Source: Scyliorhinus canicula (Eukaryota). Taken from it: 64,000 bases of DNA. Below the pieces are notes generated by a model. The model ran no database searches. It was not told the DNA's origin and saw only the letters and a list, made by a program, of their open reading frames with translations. Below are positions 10,769 to 24,377 of this stretch, one piece after another. The stretch is from assembly GCF_902713615.1 (NCBI RefSeq), contig NC_052164.1, positions 6,673,088 to 6,737,087 of the forward strand. The letters run 5' to 3'. The position numbers and the translations under genes were made by a program. Positions within the stretch are counted from its first letter, which is position 1. Each line of letters begins with the position of its first letter.

Positions 10769-11299
10769 TAAATATGGTTATTAAAACTTAGAAGAAGGAA
10801 ATCTTATATGACAGAAATGTTGAAAAATGCTTTTTAGCCCATGATGGGTTATTGTGACTCACACTTATCCTGTAATGCTAAATTCAGCATAAAAGTGGTT
10901 AACTCTCAAGGCTACAGTCTGTATTACTTCTCAATAGTAAACCAACAGCCTGAAGCCAGTCTGGTTGCTATAGTGATTTGAAGTGTTAATAAGCTATTCT
11001 GAGGGAGGGTTTGGTGACTGGAGGTGAAAAACAATTGTAGAATTTTACAGTACAGAGGCCATTCAACCTCTTATCCTCTGATTGCTATCTGCAAGAAATG
11101 TCCATTTATTCTCCTTCCCATATCACCATGCATTTCCACTGAAGCTCATTGTGTGATGAGTGTGGTGGAATGTTAAATCAGGGAGTGAAAGGTCTTCTCC
11201 AGTCTCTCTCGTTCAGAGAAAATAAAGGTGTGCACCTAATAGCTTATTTCATTCCTTCAGGACATGTCAATGAAACACTTCCACTGCAGTCACTTGGGG

Positions 11300-11610
11300 C
11301 ACAGCAGAAACAGCAATGTGATAATGACCAGATCTGCTTTTCAATTCTGTTGGTTGAGGGATAAATATTGATCAGGACACTGGGGAGAACTCCCCTTCTC
11401 TTTTAAGTGTTAAAGGATCTTTTACATCCACCTGAGAGAGCAGAGAAGGCTTTGATTTACAGACTCGGCAAAAAGACTGCACCTCTGACCCTTTAGCGCG
11501 TCTTCAGTACTGCACTGAAGTGCCAGCCTGGACTATGTGCTCATATCTCTGGTGTTGGAGTCGAACTCATGACCGTCTGAGTCAGACATGAGAATGCTCC
11601 CCACAAAGCC
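11300..11610 (-). mobile_element. Ancient Deu-domain SINE (SacSINE1/AmnSINE1-like). Other copies: 24820-25160(-), 36690-36930(+)
   Basis: CAGTGCAGTAC...CTCTCAGGTGGATGTAAAAGATCC...AATATTTATCCCTCAACCAAC core shared by the three copies. Confidence 0.65.
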
Positions 11611-11763
11611 ATGGAATTGCATTGTCATTTATGAGTCATGGTGATTTGAAGAATTCTCCAGAGTGAGGTTGTGGATGAATTATGTGACTCATATTGTATA
11701 AATCCAGATGATCCAATGAAAAACACCAGCAAGTTTCAGTATTACAGACAGTTTGGCATTTAC

Positions 11764-11843
11764 CCATGAGGTAATCAGCAATGCCAACAATTGATAATTC
11801 AATAATAAATACACTCTTATCACTGGCAGATACCACGGTCAAA
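11764..11843 (-). CDS. Putative internal exon of an unidentified minus-strand gene
   Basis: atctcctaag| acceptor, G|gtaaat donor; open frame LTVVSASDKSVFIIELSIVGIADYLM; ends phase 1; sequence looks non-repetitive. Confidence 0.5.
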
Positions 11844-14039
11844 CTTAGGAGATATAATCAATTTGTGTAAATATACATTTGAATAAAAGTTTTCTGCCAG
11901 AGTTTGTTTGCATGAAGTATAAATGAATGATTATATGGACTGGGGGAGAATGAAAAGCAACTTTTCAAAAATAAATTTGGAGTACCCAATTCATTTTTTC
12001 CAATTTAGCGTGCCCAATCCACCTACCCTGCACATCTTTGGGTGGTGGGGGCGAAACCCACGCCGACACGGGGAGAATGTGCAAACTCCACACAGACAGT
12101 GACCCTGGCCCGGGATTGAACCTGGGACCTCGGCGCATGAGGCAGCAGGGCTAACCCACTGCGCCACCGTGTTGCCCTGACAAGCAACATTTTAATGTTT
12201 GGGAGAGACTTGAGAAATGGCCAGATTTTAACAGAGGAAACTTGAATTTCATGACGGATGATGTGGTTCAGTCTGGAGTATGCTTACCTGGGAGTCTGGC
12301 TGGCACAAATGCAGTACAGAGTGAGTGCTACACTGTTGGAGATTTCTGGTGTGATCTACCCAAATGAGAACAGAGTCCCATTGCGCGTGACCCTCGGAGC
12401 ACCGAGAAACACCACGCTATCGAACAGTCATTCAGGTAGATCGAGGGCCTCAGTGAGGATCGCCCGGCCGAGGCCACATTCAGTTCTGTTTTCTGCACTG
12501 AGGGTCTCCGCTTGCAGGAATTCCTCATTGCAGGGAGAGATCGGTATTCCATTTTTAAATGGCCTTGTGAATTCTGAACCCCGCCCAACCCCAACTCACC
12601 TATAAGGGACTCATGCAACCCCCCACACTCAAGCAGGGCATGCCCAGGCCCAATCCCCATCACGCAAACAAATGCCAACTTGGCACCCTGGTAGTGCCAG
12701 GCTGGAGCCCAGGTCCCCTCTGTGATCCCCTGGGAGACCCCAACGCTTTCCATTCCGTCGGGTCCCCATTTGTGGAGACCAGCACTGAACGCCCCTCGCC
12801 CGAGGTCTCAAAGGCGAGGGGGTTAGATCCCACACCTTGGATAGAGCAGGGGAGTGCTTATTAGAATGAGACTAGCTGTCTCACTCTAATATGCAGATTT
12901 GCCAGAAAGTGATGGGTGGGATTCACATTGCGACATCCCACAAGATCGCGTTAGATCTCGTGAGGCGTGGCGAGCCTTGTACCTCCCGGAAAGGGACATT
13001 CCGGCATCTACCGGCTGAGCTGCTTTTTGGGTACAAAGCGGCCGGTAGATCTCGCCTGTCATCCTTTGGATTAGATTAGACCAGGCTTGTTCAACACGTG
13101 GCTTGCGGGCCACCATGAGACCTGCCAGGCCTCCCTATCTGGCCCCCGTATTCACAACCTTTCAAAAAACTGGCTGCCTTGTGGCTCACCCTCCGGGATA
13201 TTCAGGGGAACAGAACACCCCTCCTGACCTCCACCGTGTCCAGGAGCCTCCGCAGGTCAGTGCCCTGAATCTTGGGGCTGGTCTCCTCGGCGCCATTATT
13301 GTGAACTGCCTGGGGTTGGCTGAACAAGTGCAACTTAAATGCTGCTTGAACCTGTTAGCGGGGTGCTGGTGAGCGCGATCCCGGTGAATCAGCTGGCGAG
13401 CCATCATTTGCCGCGAGAAGCCTGTGAGGCTTTGTCAAGTGGAACAATTAACGTTGATTTGTGTTGCTGGCCTCGTTGTACCAAGCACCGGGAAGCCCAC
13501 GGCAATTCCTGCTCACTACCACACTTAGCAATTTTATGGACAATCACGGCCCTAGGGTTCCCCTTTGGGAATCGAGTTTGCAGAAATTTGCCCACATCCT
13601 TGTAATGAATACACCACTGCAATCTTAACTACATTGAAATTAATTTGCTTATTGCACACCCATGCTGCTAGTTTATTAACATCTACCTGTGTCTGTCTCA
13701 ATTCAAAACATGTTGAAATTTAATATTCACTTTTGTTTGTCACTCTGCCGATTACATTGAAACTACTTCTGAGCCACCTTGTGGCTCTCAGAGACTCTGC
13801 AATAGACAATGTTAAAGTTCGAACAGTGAAGTGTACCCTGATAATTACTAAAGCTTGCATTTGAAGTTGGGAGTGCGGGGGAACAAATAAAAGTTATGGG
13901 TACAAAAACTAGATGAATGGTTCCCGGAACATTCTGAACAGGGGACGTTTTGAATATAGGACGTCTTTGAGAGAGTTTCTCCAGCTTTCCTTTCTTTAAA
14001 TTTTTAAAATTGTCATTGCACATAATTATAAACAATTGT

Positions 14040-15380
14040 ATATATACATCCCATTTTTCTTATCCGCGTTAATTTACTTTATTGTACAGAGAAGTTTATT
14101 TTGTCTTTCATTTAATTGAACCTATATATATTTCGCCCCCATCTGGATCAGTCTACAGTCTCCCCCCCCCCCCCCCCCCCCACACTTCAGCTGAGTTTTA
14201 CTTTTATTTTCAGGGAGAGGAGGGGCGATTACCCCCCTCCTCATCTCTTCGTTTGTGGTTTCCCCACCTTCTTTCTGTCTTCCCCCTCCACCCCCACTGC
14301 GCAATCCTTTGGTTCCTATCTGTCTTGGTTTTTTATTCTTAACTTACTCTCCGCTGTTGGCCTCAAACAGGTTTTGGAACTAGCCGACAAACAGGCTCCC
14401 AAATATCCAGGAAGCTTTCATCCTACCCTCGGATGGCGTACTTAATCTTCTCCAGGTGGAGAAATTCCGAAAGGTCAGCGAGCCAGTCTGCAGCTGTAGG
14501 CGGTGCTGCCAATCTCCAGCTGAGCAGGATTCTCCAGTGTGCGATTCGGGAAGCAAAGCCATGTGTGGTTCTGACTGCTCCGATACCCCGAAGATTGCTA
14601 CTATCGGGCATGGCTTCACCCTCACCCCCACAACCTTGGACGTTGCCTCGGAGAAGGATGTCCAGAACCCAGCAAGTTTGGGACAAGCCCAGAACATTTG
14701 GGTGTAGTTGGCTGGGCCTCTCTGGCACCGTTCATATTTATCCTCCACCTCCGGGAAGAACCTGCTCATTCGGGTTCTGGTCAGGTGGGCTCTGTGCACC
14801 ACTTTGAACTGCATTAGGCTTATCCTTGCTCAGGAAGAGGTGGAGGTATCCCTGCTCAGTGCTTCGCTCCAGAGTTCCCACCCTACCTCTGTCCCCAGTT
14901 TGTCCTCCCATTTTTGTCTGGTCTCGTCCAGTGGTGTTCGAGCTCTGTCCAGTAGCTGTCCGTATATTTTCCCCACATAGCCCCCCGCTTCTTGTTGCTT
15001 GTGCCTATCAAGTCCTCTAATAGTGTGGTTTCTGGGGCCTCGGGGTACCCTACTGTCTCTTTGCGGAGGAAGTGTTTTATTTGGAGGTGTCTCATTTCCT
15101 GTACTTTTGGTAGTTTCCACTTCCTCATCAGTTCATCCAGAGTCGCCAGTCTGTGCCCTACGTAGAAGTCCCCAACGTCAGTGTGCCCCTGTCCCGCTTC
15201 CATCTTTTGAAGGTGGTATCTAATATGGCTGGGGGGAATCTTATGATTGCCGCAAACGGGGGCCAGGGGAGAAATTTTAGTTATCCCAAAGTGTTGTCTC
15301 AGCTGGGTCCATGTTCGCAGCATGGCTGCTACCTCTGGGCTCGCTGTGTATCTTATTGAGGGGGATGGGAGTGCTACTGT
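14040..15380 (-). mobile_element. L1/Tx1-clade LINE 3' fragment
   Basis: MQFKVVHRAHLTRTRMSRFF...ERC...MFWACPKL; FLHLEKIKYAIRG. Confidence 0.8.
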
Positions 15381-15589
15381 AGCTAGGAAAGTGGAGTTGA
15401 GATGAGACGAGATCAGCTATGATCGTATGGAGTGGTGGATCAAGCTTGAGGGGCTGAATTTCCTACTCCTGCTCCTCGCTCTTATGGAATCAGAGATGGA
15501 TAATAAACTCTGGCATCGTCAACCATGCCCTGCGGAAGAATCAAAAATGTTACAGAGCAAGGGAGGAGGGAGGGATGTCAATGTTTGAG

Positions 15590-16290
15590 GGATAGAGGCA
15601 AAGGTGAGAGGTGACTTGATAGAAGTATTGTGGTGATATGATTTGCATAGCTGTCTGCCATTGGTGCAGAACACCGGCTTACCATTGGCCCTGGTCGGTC
15701 ATGTGCCTCTCGACAGATTGGTTGAGACCAGTCATGTGAAAGCTCTCCGATTGGTCGAGAGGCTGAGTTAACCACGCCTCCTTACCGAGGTATAAATAGT
15801 CGAAGCGCCCGGCAGTTGTCCATTTTATTGTAGACAACCGCAGGGCTACGTTCTAGCTTATTAAAGCCTAACTTTTGTATAGCAACTCGTCTCTCGTGCA
15901 ATTGATGGCTCATCAAGTATATAAGATCCTGAACGGTATTGACAAGATGGACGTTAAAAGGATGTTTCTTCTTGTGGGGTGAGTCCAGAATGAGGGGGCA
16001 TTGTTTTAAAATTAGGGCTCACCTTTATAGGACAGAAATGAGAATTGTTTTAGCTCAGAGGGTTGTGCGATTTTGGAACTCCCCTGCCTAAGAAAGCAGT
16101 GGAAGCAGTAGGCACTGAATATTTTTAAGGCGGAGGTGGGTAGATTCTTGTTAGGCAAGGGAATCAAAGATTATCGGAATAGATAGGAATATGGAATTCA
16201 AAACACAAACAGATCAGCCATGATCTTATTGAGTGGCAGAGCAGGCTCGAGGGGCCATATGGCCTACTTCTGCTCCTATTTCGCTTGTTC
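15590..16290 (+). mobile_element. CR1 3' fragment (similar fragments at 1-320, 3270-3725, 19920-20330, 37150-37420, 61110-61490)
   Basis: GAGTCCAGAATGAGGGGGCAT...GGAACTC...GATCAGCCATGATCTTATTGA...GGCCTACTTCTGCTCCTATTT tail shared among copies. Confidence 0.75.
15629..15915 (+). mobile_element. Solo LTR inserted in a CR1 fragment
   Basis: TGTGGTGAT...TATAAA...ATTAAA...AATTGATGGCTCATCA; TSD AGTAT at 15624-15628 and 15916-15920. Confidence 0.9.
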
Positions 16291-18989
16291 TTTTGTAAAT
16301 GGAGTCCAACAAGGACAATGTGATAAATGAACAGATTCACTGTGTAGCACTTGGAGATGGCCAGAGGTCAGGGAAGGTGTTATATGAATGCAAGTCTTTC
16401 ATTCCTTCCCTTCTTCTTCCCTCCCTCCCTCTCATAGGTCTGCCCAATACATGTACCAGGAGCAAGCAAACTCCACTTTGGCACCAGCAGTTCACCAATG
16501 ACACGATGATGAGTCCTGAACCCATATTTGTTTCAGGATTTATACAGTATGAGGGAGCAGGAGAATTAGCCACACCAAAGACTCACACCTGTTTCTGTGG
16601 GGTCTGGCATCCCTCTCCTTCGACATCAACATCTGCACTGTGCTGTGGGAGAAAAGGCTCAATCTAACCCCTCAAGGCTTATGATATTTGTATCCTGTCT
16701 TCCTGTGCTCATTGTCCTAAACAACTTGTTTACTTCCACTTCATACATTCCTTTCATTATTTTGAAGTCTGATATCATGTCTCCCTTCAGCATTCTATTC
16801 TCCAGAGAAAATATATTCAGTTACTTGAATCAGAACCGTCAGTCAGAATTAACCTGCTGTTTGCCACAAGCTAGTAGGGAGAAATCTAAATAGGAGAATT
16901 CATAATCACAGGATACCCCAAAACACCTTACATCCAATTAAATACTTTTGAAGTGTAGTCACATTGTAACGTTGAAAACTTGGCTTGGCAGCCAATTTCT
17001 GCCTACCAAGCTCCCACAAACAGCAATGTGATAATGACCAGATAATGGGCGCGATTCTCTGAAATGGAGACAGAGTGTTCGCGCCATCATGAACGGCGTT
17101 GCATTTCACGACGGTGCGAAACGGGCGTGGGGACTACCGATTCTGGCCCCCACACGGGGCCAGCACGGCGCTGGAGCGGTTCATGCCGCTCCAGCCTCCC
17201 TTCCCGCCGGCAAATGGGCGCCGCGCCAACCCGCGCATGCGCAGTTGGGCCGCGCCAACCCGCGCATGTGCAGTTGGGCCCCGCCAACCCGCGAATGCGC
17301 ATGGGACTTCTTTAGCGCGCCGGCCCTGACGGAACATGGCGTGCGGGTTCAGGGGCCGGCTGCGCAACAAAGTAGACCCGGAAGGGGAGGTTGGCCCGCC
17401 GATTGGTGGGCCCCGATCGCGTGCCAGACCCCATTGGAGGCCCCCACGGGGACAGAGCCCCCCTCTCGGCTGAGCACCAGTTGAACAACCTCCTCTGTCA
17501 GAAGGCACCGCCATCCGTGCAGCTCCCCAAGAACTGCACTAGAATATCTGAGTGCATTAAAGGAGGACCCACCATCCGTGGCTAACTAAATAATTAAGGA
17601 AAGCATTAAACTTGAGAAAAAGCATTCCACTGCAAATATTTTTCTTTTTTTTTCTTTTTAAGATTTAGAGTAGCCAATTCATTTTTTACAATTAAGGGGC
17701 CATTTTGCGTGCCCAACCCACCTACCCTGCACATCTTTGGGCTGTGGGGGCGAAACCCACGCAGACACGGGTAGAATGTGCAAACTCCACATGGACAGTG
17801 ACCCAGAGCCGGGATTGAACCTGGGACCTCGGTGCCGTGAGGCAGCAGCGCTAACCCACTGCACCACCATGCTGTCCCCATCCCACTGCAAATATGAGTG
17901 TCAGGTCAGATGATTGGTCAGGACAGCAGAGAATGACTGAAAGGCTAATCAGGAGAAAGAAATTAGAGCATGAGAGGAAGCTAGCTAGACGTGTAAAAAC
18001 AGAGAGTAAGAATTTCTTCAGGTATTTACACAGGAAAAGAGCAAGTAAACTGTGCAGATCCTCCAGAGGGTGACAATCAGGAGTTAATAGCAGATAATAA
18101 CGAAATGTCAGGTGAAAATAAGAAATATTTTGCTTTTTCCTTCACTATAGAGAATACAAAAAATCCAGTAATGGTTGCAAACCAAGACGTGGCAGGGAGA
18201 GAGGAACTTGGCGAAATTACAACAGAGAAACTGTACTGAAAATACTAATGGAGCTACGGGCTGACAAGTCTCCGGATCCTGATGGAGTTCACCTTGGTGT
18301 CTTAAAAGAGGTAGCTAATAAGATCAGAGATGCGTTGGTGTTAATTTTCCAAAATGACTGGGTCACTGTCCATGTGGAGTTTGCACATTCTCCCCGTGTC
18401 TGCGTGGGTTTCACCCCCACAACCCAAATATGTGCAGGGTAGATGGATGGGCCTCGCTAAATTACCCCTTAATTGCTGAGGCAGAGGATCACGGAGTCGG
18501 AAGAGAATACCGGGTCAATCCCACTAATAACCATCATAACAATAATAATAATCTTATTATTATTAACATTAACACTGCAATGAAGTTACTGTGAAATCCC
18601 CTTGTCGCCACATTCCGGCGCTTGTTCGGGTACACAGGGAGAATTCAGAATGTCCAATTTACATAACAAGCATGAACTTCAGGACTTGTGGGAGGAAACC
18701 GGAGCACCCGGAGGAAACCCAAGCAAACAGGGGGAGAATGTACAGACTCCACACAGACAGTGACCCAAGCCGGGAATCGAGCCCAGGTCACTGGCGCTAT
18801 GCAGTAACAGTGCTAACCACTGTGCTACCGTGCCACATTTCATACAATGATATGCAAATTGTGTTTACCCTATGTGCGGAATGGAACACATTGACGCTGC
18901 TGTCGAGACTCCGGAGAATTGAGATTTGGCATGAACCTGGCACCTGCCACGATTTTGGCGTCAAAACCAATTCTCAGCCCTGTCACCTT

Positions 18990-19720
18990 TCTTGATTTTC
19001 AGCATCGGCTGACGGAGAATACCGCCCATCAAGTTTTGCAATTGCTCCCCCTGGCGGTTCCCCAGACTTGGGTTTTTGCTGGAGTGACCTGTGGGCCCGA
19101 TCCACTCCTAGGGCTTGCAAAGCCCTCCTCTCCGACCAGTTTTCTTAGCATTCCAGAGACAAATTCTGTTGGCTACCTACTGTCTGCGCCCTCCGGGAGC
19201 CCGACAATCCGAAGGTTTTGCCGGCGGGACCTGTTTTCTTAGTCATCCACCTTTTCCTTTAGCGTCTTATGGGTCGTCAACAACCTTGCCACCTTGGCTG
19301 CGAGCGAGGCAGTCCGCTTGTCCTGGTCGGTGGCTGCCTTCTCCAGTCCCTCACCGTAGCCTCCAGGCTCCACTCTGCTCTGTCCATTGCTCCCTTTATG
19401 GGGGCCAGCGGGGCCTCTGTTGCCAGCTTCTTTGCCGACATGAGGCCCTCTTTCGCCGCTTCTCTATGCTTTTGTAACTGGTTGGCGATCCTGTTGGAAC
19501 TGCCATACTCAGTTGTGGGTTGCCACGCATGCTCCCTGTTCTGGGCTGAGTTTTTCCTCTCTTTGCTTTGGCTAGCCTTGCAGCCTGGCTTCTGGCTCAT
19601 TTCACTCAGTTCAATGGTAGGTGAGGGTTAAGTTGGGGTAACTTTTTTTGTACTTTTGGTGCCCGTTTGATGGTCTACAAGGGTCCAATCAGACGTTTCA
19701 AGGCAACCGCTCAGGTCATG
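18990..19720 (-). mobile_element. L1-clade 5' region / ORF1 remnant
   Basis: Degenerate ORF1-like text (..RRQNLRIVGLPEGA.. readable on the minus strand near 19185-19225). Confidence 0.6.
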
Positions 19721-20879
19721 GCCACCACCAGAAGTCCTTATCTCAGGAATTAATGAGCCCTGTTGTTGGGTGTCCTCCCTTCAGTGGATTGGTGGGAGGG
19801 GGTCTCGTATTTCACCAGCCCCACAGGGAGATCTTTCGGGTCGTCCCCCTGGGTCTCGTGGGGGCTGTAACACAAGAGCAATTAAGAATGCTGGCCTTGC
19901 CATTGATACTCAATTCCTGAAACTTGTACCAAACTTTAGTTAGACCGCACTGTGCACAATTCTGGTCTCCATATTGCTAAAAGGATATAGTGGTATTGGG
20001 TCAAGTATAAAAAATGTTGATATGGATGGTACCAGAATGGAGAGGTTTTAACTATGAGGAAGGACTGAATAGGCGGAGGCTCTTCCTCTAGAAATCAGAA
20101 AGCTGAGGAGTGACCTGATGGAGGTTTTTAGAATTCTGATAGGGTAGCCAAACTGTGGTAAAATCCAAAACTAGGGACCACATATATAAGATAGTCACTA
20201 ATAAATCCAATGGGAAATTACTTCACCCGGAGAGTGATTAGAACATGAAACTTGCTACCACAGGGAATAGTTGAGGTAAGTAGCATAGATGCATTTTAGG
20301 AGAAAATGGATAAACATATGAGGGAGAGGAAATGCCCTCAAGTCAAACAAGAAGCCGAAAAAAGAGCAAAATAGTCAGGGGAGAACGACCCAAGCTGCAG
20401 ACATGAGGAGTGAAGCAGAGCAGGACAGGACGGCCAGATTGGTTTTGCCAACGCAAATGCCCGGTCCACCCGCCGATGGGACAGTGGATGGAGCTCCTAA
20501 AATTTAGGGTCTCCGGGTAGCATGGTGGCGCAATGGTTAGCATTGCTGCCTCATGGGGCCGTGGTCCCAGGTTCTATCCCGGCTCTGGGTCACTGTTCGT
20601 CTGCGTGGGTTTCGCCCCCACAACCCAAAGATGTGCAGGGTGGGTGGATTGGCCACACTAAATTGCCCCTTAATTGGAAAAAATGAATTGGGTATTCTAA
20701 ATTTCTCATGGTGACGGTGAAGGCAGCCATAGTAATCTCTCTGACCCCCTCAGCTTTCTGAGGTAGAGAATTCCACAAGTTCACATCTCTCTGAGAGATG
20801 AAGTTCTTCCTCATCTCTGTCTTGAGTCACAGCTTTATTCTTAGGCTGTGACCCCCAGTTCTGGATGTCCCCAACATCG

Positions 20880-21540
20880 GGACAAAAGTGGCAAGGTTGG
20901 GGGAGGCCCAGGGAGCACTCAAGGGGAAGGTGGAGGACAGGAACAAATGTCCCACTACCAGAACCTCACGATTATCAGGCTACCTGAGGGAACAGAGGGC
21001 AAAAAAACCACAGATGCTAGGGAAGTTGGTCGGGGGAGAAAACATTCCCAAGCCCCCAGAAGTAGACAAGACCCACAGGTCGCTCCGACCGAGTCCCAAA
21101 ACAGGAGAACACAACAGGCATCCATTGCAAAACTCCACAGATTTCAGGACAAGGAAAACCCCCATCAGGATAGTCACCTGGAGTGCCAATGGACTCGACG
21201 GCTTGATGAACAAACCTGAGGGAGAAAGACCCATTAAAGAGAAGAAAGAACTGGATAGGACAGACCTAGCAATCATGCTAAGGGATGAGGACCGCGGAGG
21301 GGGGGGGGGGGGGGGGCGATACTGGCCAGCATGGGAGGAATAATGGGTCTCCTAAAGGAGTTTGGGACCTTCTCAGGTTACAAACTCAACCTGAGCAAGA
21401 GCAAAATATTCCCCGTGAACCCGCAGGAGGGGGAAACCAGAGCTGGGAAAGTTGCCATTCCAGCTGGCTGAGACCAAATTCCGATACTTGGGGATTCAAA
21501 TAGCCCATAACTGGACAGGCATCCACAAATGGGACCTGGG
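20880..21540 (+). mobile_element. L1-clade fragments (ORF1 and RT pieces)
   Basis: QNLTIIRLPEGTEG; IVTWSANGL; FGTFSGYKLNLSKSKIFP. Confidence 0.6.
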
Positions 21541-21660
21541 ACGAAATTCTCCGCGGACCGGCGTGACGCCGATTTCCGGCGAGCAAAAGTGGTGCAGATG
21601 ACTCCGGCGTCGGGGCCTTCTTTTAGGCCGCTAATCTCCGTTCCCGGAGGGGCCAGCATC

Positions 21661-21760
21661 NNNNNNNNNNNNNNNNNNNNNNNNNNNNNNNNNNNNNNNN
21701 NNNNNNNNNNNNNNNNNNNNNNNNNNNNNNNNNNNNNNNNNNNNNNNNNNNNNNNNNNNN
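21661..21760. other. Assembly gap (100 N)
   Basis: Run of N followed by poly-C. Confidence 1.
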
Positions 21761-24342
21761 CCCCCCCCCCCCCCCCCCCCCACTGCCGTCTGAGCACAGA
21801 GGCGGCAAGCCCGGTGTCTCCGGGCTCTTTGCCTGTGAGCAAAGATGGCTGCTCACCTCCTCGGCTCCCCACTGAAGCCCCTTCCGCCTGGTTTTTAAAA
21901 AGGAGTACTAATCGGTACCAGCGTAACCACTTGCTGGGGAAGCGGCTGAATGATGGGAAGACGTTGGATATGGGGTGGCTCCCATTAATTGTATGGAAAT
22001 AGGGCTTTAGTGATGATTATTGATTTCTCGCCACGCTACGGCGGGATCCCGATTTCGCCTCTGGGAGCGGGTCGGTTGCATCGCAAAAGATTGGCCCCTG
22101 GCGCAGTTCTCATTTTTGGCCTCTCCAGCTCCCTCTCGCTCGAGTGAAATTAGGCCATTGAATGGCATCCCTGGTCATCATCACATTGAAGTTTGTGGTA
22201 GCTTGCTGCACACAAATCAACTGAAAATCGCTTATTATCGCAAGTAGGCTTCAAATGAAGTTACTGTGAAAAGCCCCTAGTCGCCACATTCTGGCGCCTC
22301 TTCGGGGAGGCTGGAACGGGAATTGAACCCGTGCTGCTGGCCTGCCTTGGTCTGCTTTAAAAGCCAGCGATTTAGCCCTGTGCTAAACCAGCCCCTACTG
22401 CCACATTTCCTACGTTACAGCAGTGACTAGACATCAAAGGTGCTTCATTGGTTTTTGGGGTGCCTCTAGGTTATGAAAGGTACTATATTAATGCAAGTCT
22501 TTCTTTCAGACGGAAAGCTGTGCTGCTTCTATTGCTGCTGTCAATAGGTAACTGCTCAATGGGAACAAATTGAATGGGCTGAAATAAAAGGCTCAGCTTG
22601 AAATATTAACACTTCCCTTTCTCTATAGATTCTACCTGACGTGCTGAGTCTGAAATGCTCTTGTAAATTTCCATGACCATGTAGCTCACCTTTACCTGAG
22701 ATAAGAACCACATAGAGACCTTGGAGAAATGTTATTGTGACAGTAATGCATTTTTTCTTTCTGCAGAGTAAACATTAACTAAGATGACAAATATTTGTCA
22801 GTAAATCTCCCACCACTCAGTTAAAAGCCTTGCTAATTGGAGTGTGATAACGATATTGTTTTAGTCTGTTTCAGGGTCTTTTATAGTAAATTGATTTTTA
22901 GAGTGAGGTGACATCCTGGTCACCTTTATCATGCAAGGTGCTCTATTTTGAGCGTTGCTAGCTGAAAGATGAATCTTTGTTGAGCGATGAATCAATTGTT
23001 GGTTTTGAAATTCAGCACTGGGACCTGCAACATCCACCCAAACTACATCTTTGTTAATTCTGGATGTGTCTATTCCAACGTACTTTTAGCCCATCTCCCA
23101 CATTCTACCCTCCATAAGGTTGACATCATCCAGGCAGCACGGTGGCGCAGTGGGTTAGCACTGCGGCCTCACGGCGCCGAGGTACCAGGTTCGATCCCGG
23201 CTCTGGGTCACTGTCCATGTGGAGTTTGCACATTCTCCCCATGATTGTGTGGGTTTTGCCACCACAACCCAAAGATGTGCAGGATGGGTGAATTGCCCAT
23301 GCTAAGTTGCCCCTTAATTGGGAAAAAAAATGAATTGGGTACTCTAAATTTATATTAAAAAAACTTGACATCATCCAAAATTCTGTTGCCCATGTCCTAA
23401 CTTGCTCCAAATCCCATTCGCCCAACACCCTTTTGCTCGATGAAGTACATTGGCTGCAGGTTTACCAATGCTCCAATTTCAAAGTTCTCAGCCTTGTTTG
23501 CAAATCCTGTCATCATCTCATCCCGATCTCTGTAATTTCCTCCACTTCGACAACCCTCCAAGATTTCTGCGCTCTCCTAATTCTGTTTTTTTGAGCATCC
23601 CTGATTTTAATCACTCCACCATTGGCTGCCTGTGCCTTGACCTACCTGAGCCCTAAACTCTGGAATTCCCTCCCTTAGGCTGTGTCTCTCAACCTCCTTT
23701 TATGACTCCCCTTAAAACCTACCTCTTTGATCAAGCTTTTGGTTATCTGCTCTAATATCTCTTAATGTGTCAAATTTGGTTTATAATTGATCCTGTAAGT
23801 TGCACTGGGACATTTTACGACATTAAAGGTGCTATATAAATGCACGTTACTGTTGTTAGGTATGGGAGATACCTGGTAGATAAGTGCACTGAGCCATCAT
23901 GCTTGCCAAATTAAGGTTCGGGGAAACTACATGTTGACATAATCTGAACTCAGCGGCTGCACAAAACACTGCCTTTTTATTCTATCTGCTCTCGTGCACA
24001 CATCTCCCACAGATTAACTAATGAATCAAACAAAACTGATCAACAGATGGACAACCAGATAATCACTGCAGTCAAATACCTTTCCTCTGCCTCATACAAT
24101 ATGTAAGAAGTTTGGGAGGCTGCCTGGATAGATAATCTTGTACCTGCTGATTCCTGACAATATGTTGATGTTTGTTTTAAACTCACAACCAGGGAATATT
24201 GTAGCTGATGAATCATTACTCAGAAACCAGTCAAGGTGAGAATAGTGTAGACATTAAAACCAGTCGCTGCAGCTGTTCAAATGCGTGACCAATTTTTCTT
24301 TTACCTCCCGAAGCTTCAAAGACTCCAAGGGTTACAGCTACA

Positions 24343-24377
<35 letters not shown>

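Noticed and set aside
13690-13840. Additional minus-strand exon candidates (also near 16585-16645)
   Set aside because: Splice-like signals exist, but no convincing acceptor/donor pair gave an open frame matching the phase-2 start of the 11843 exon.
21378-22002. ORFs spanning 21661-21760
   Set aside because: They read through the N gap and poly-C run, so they are artefacts.
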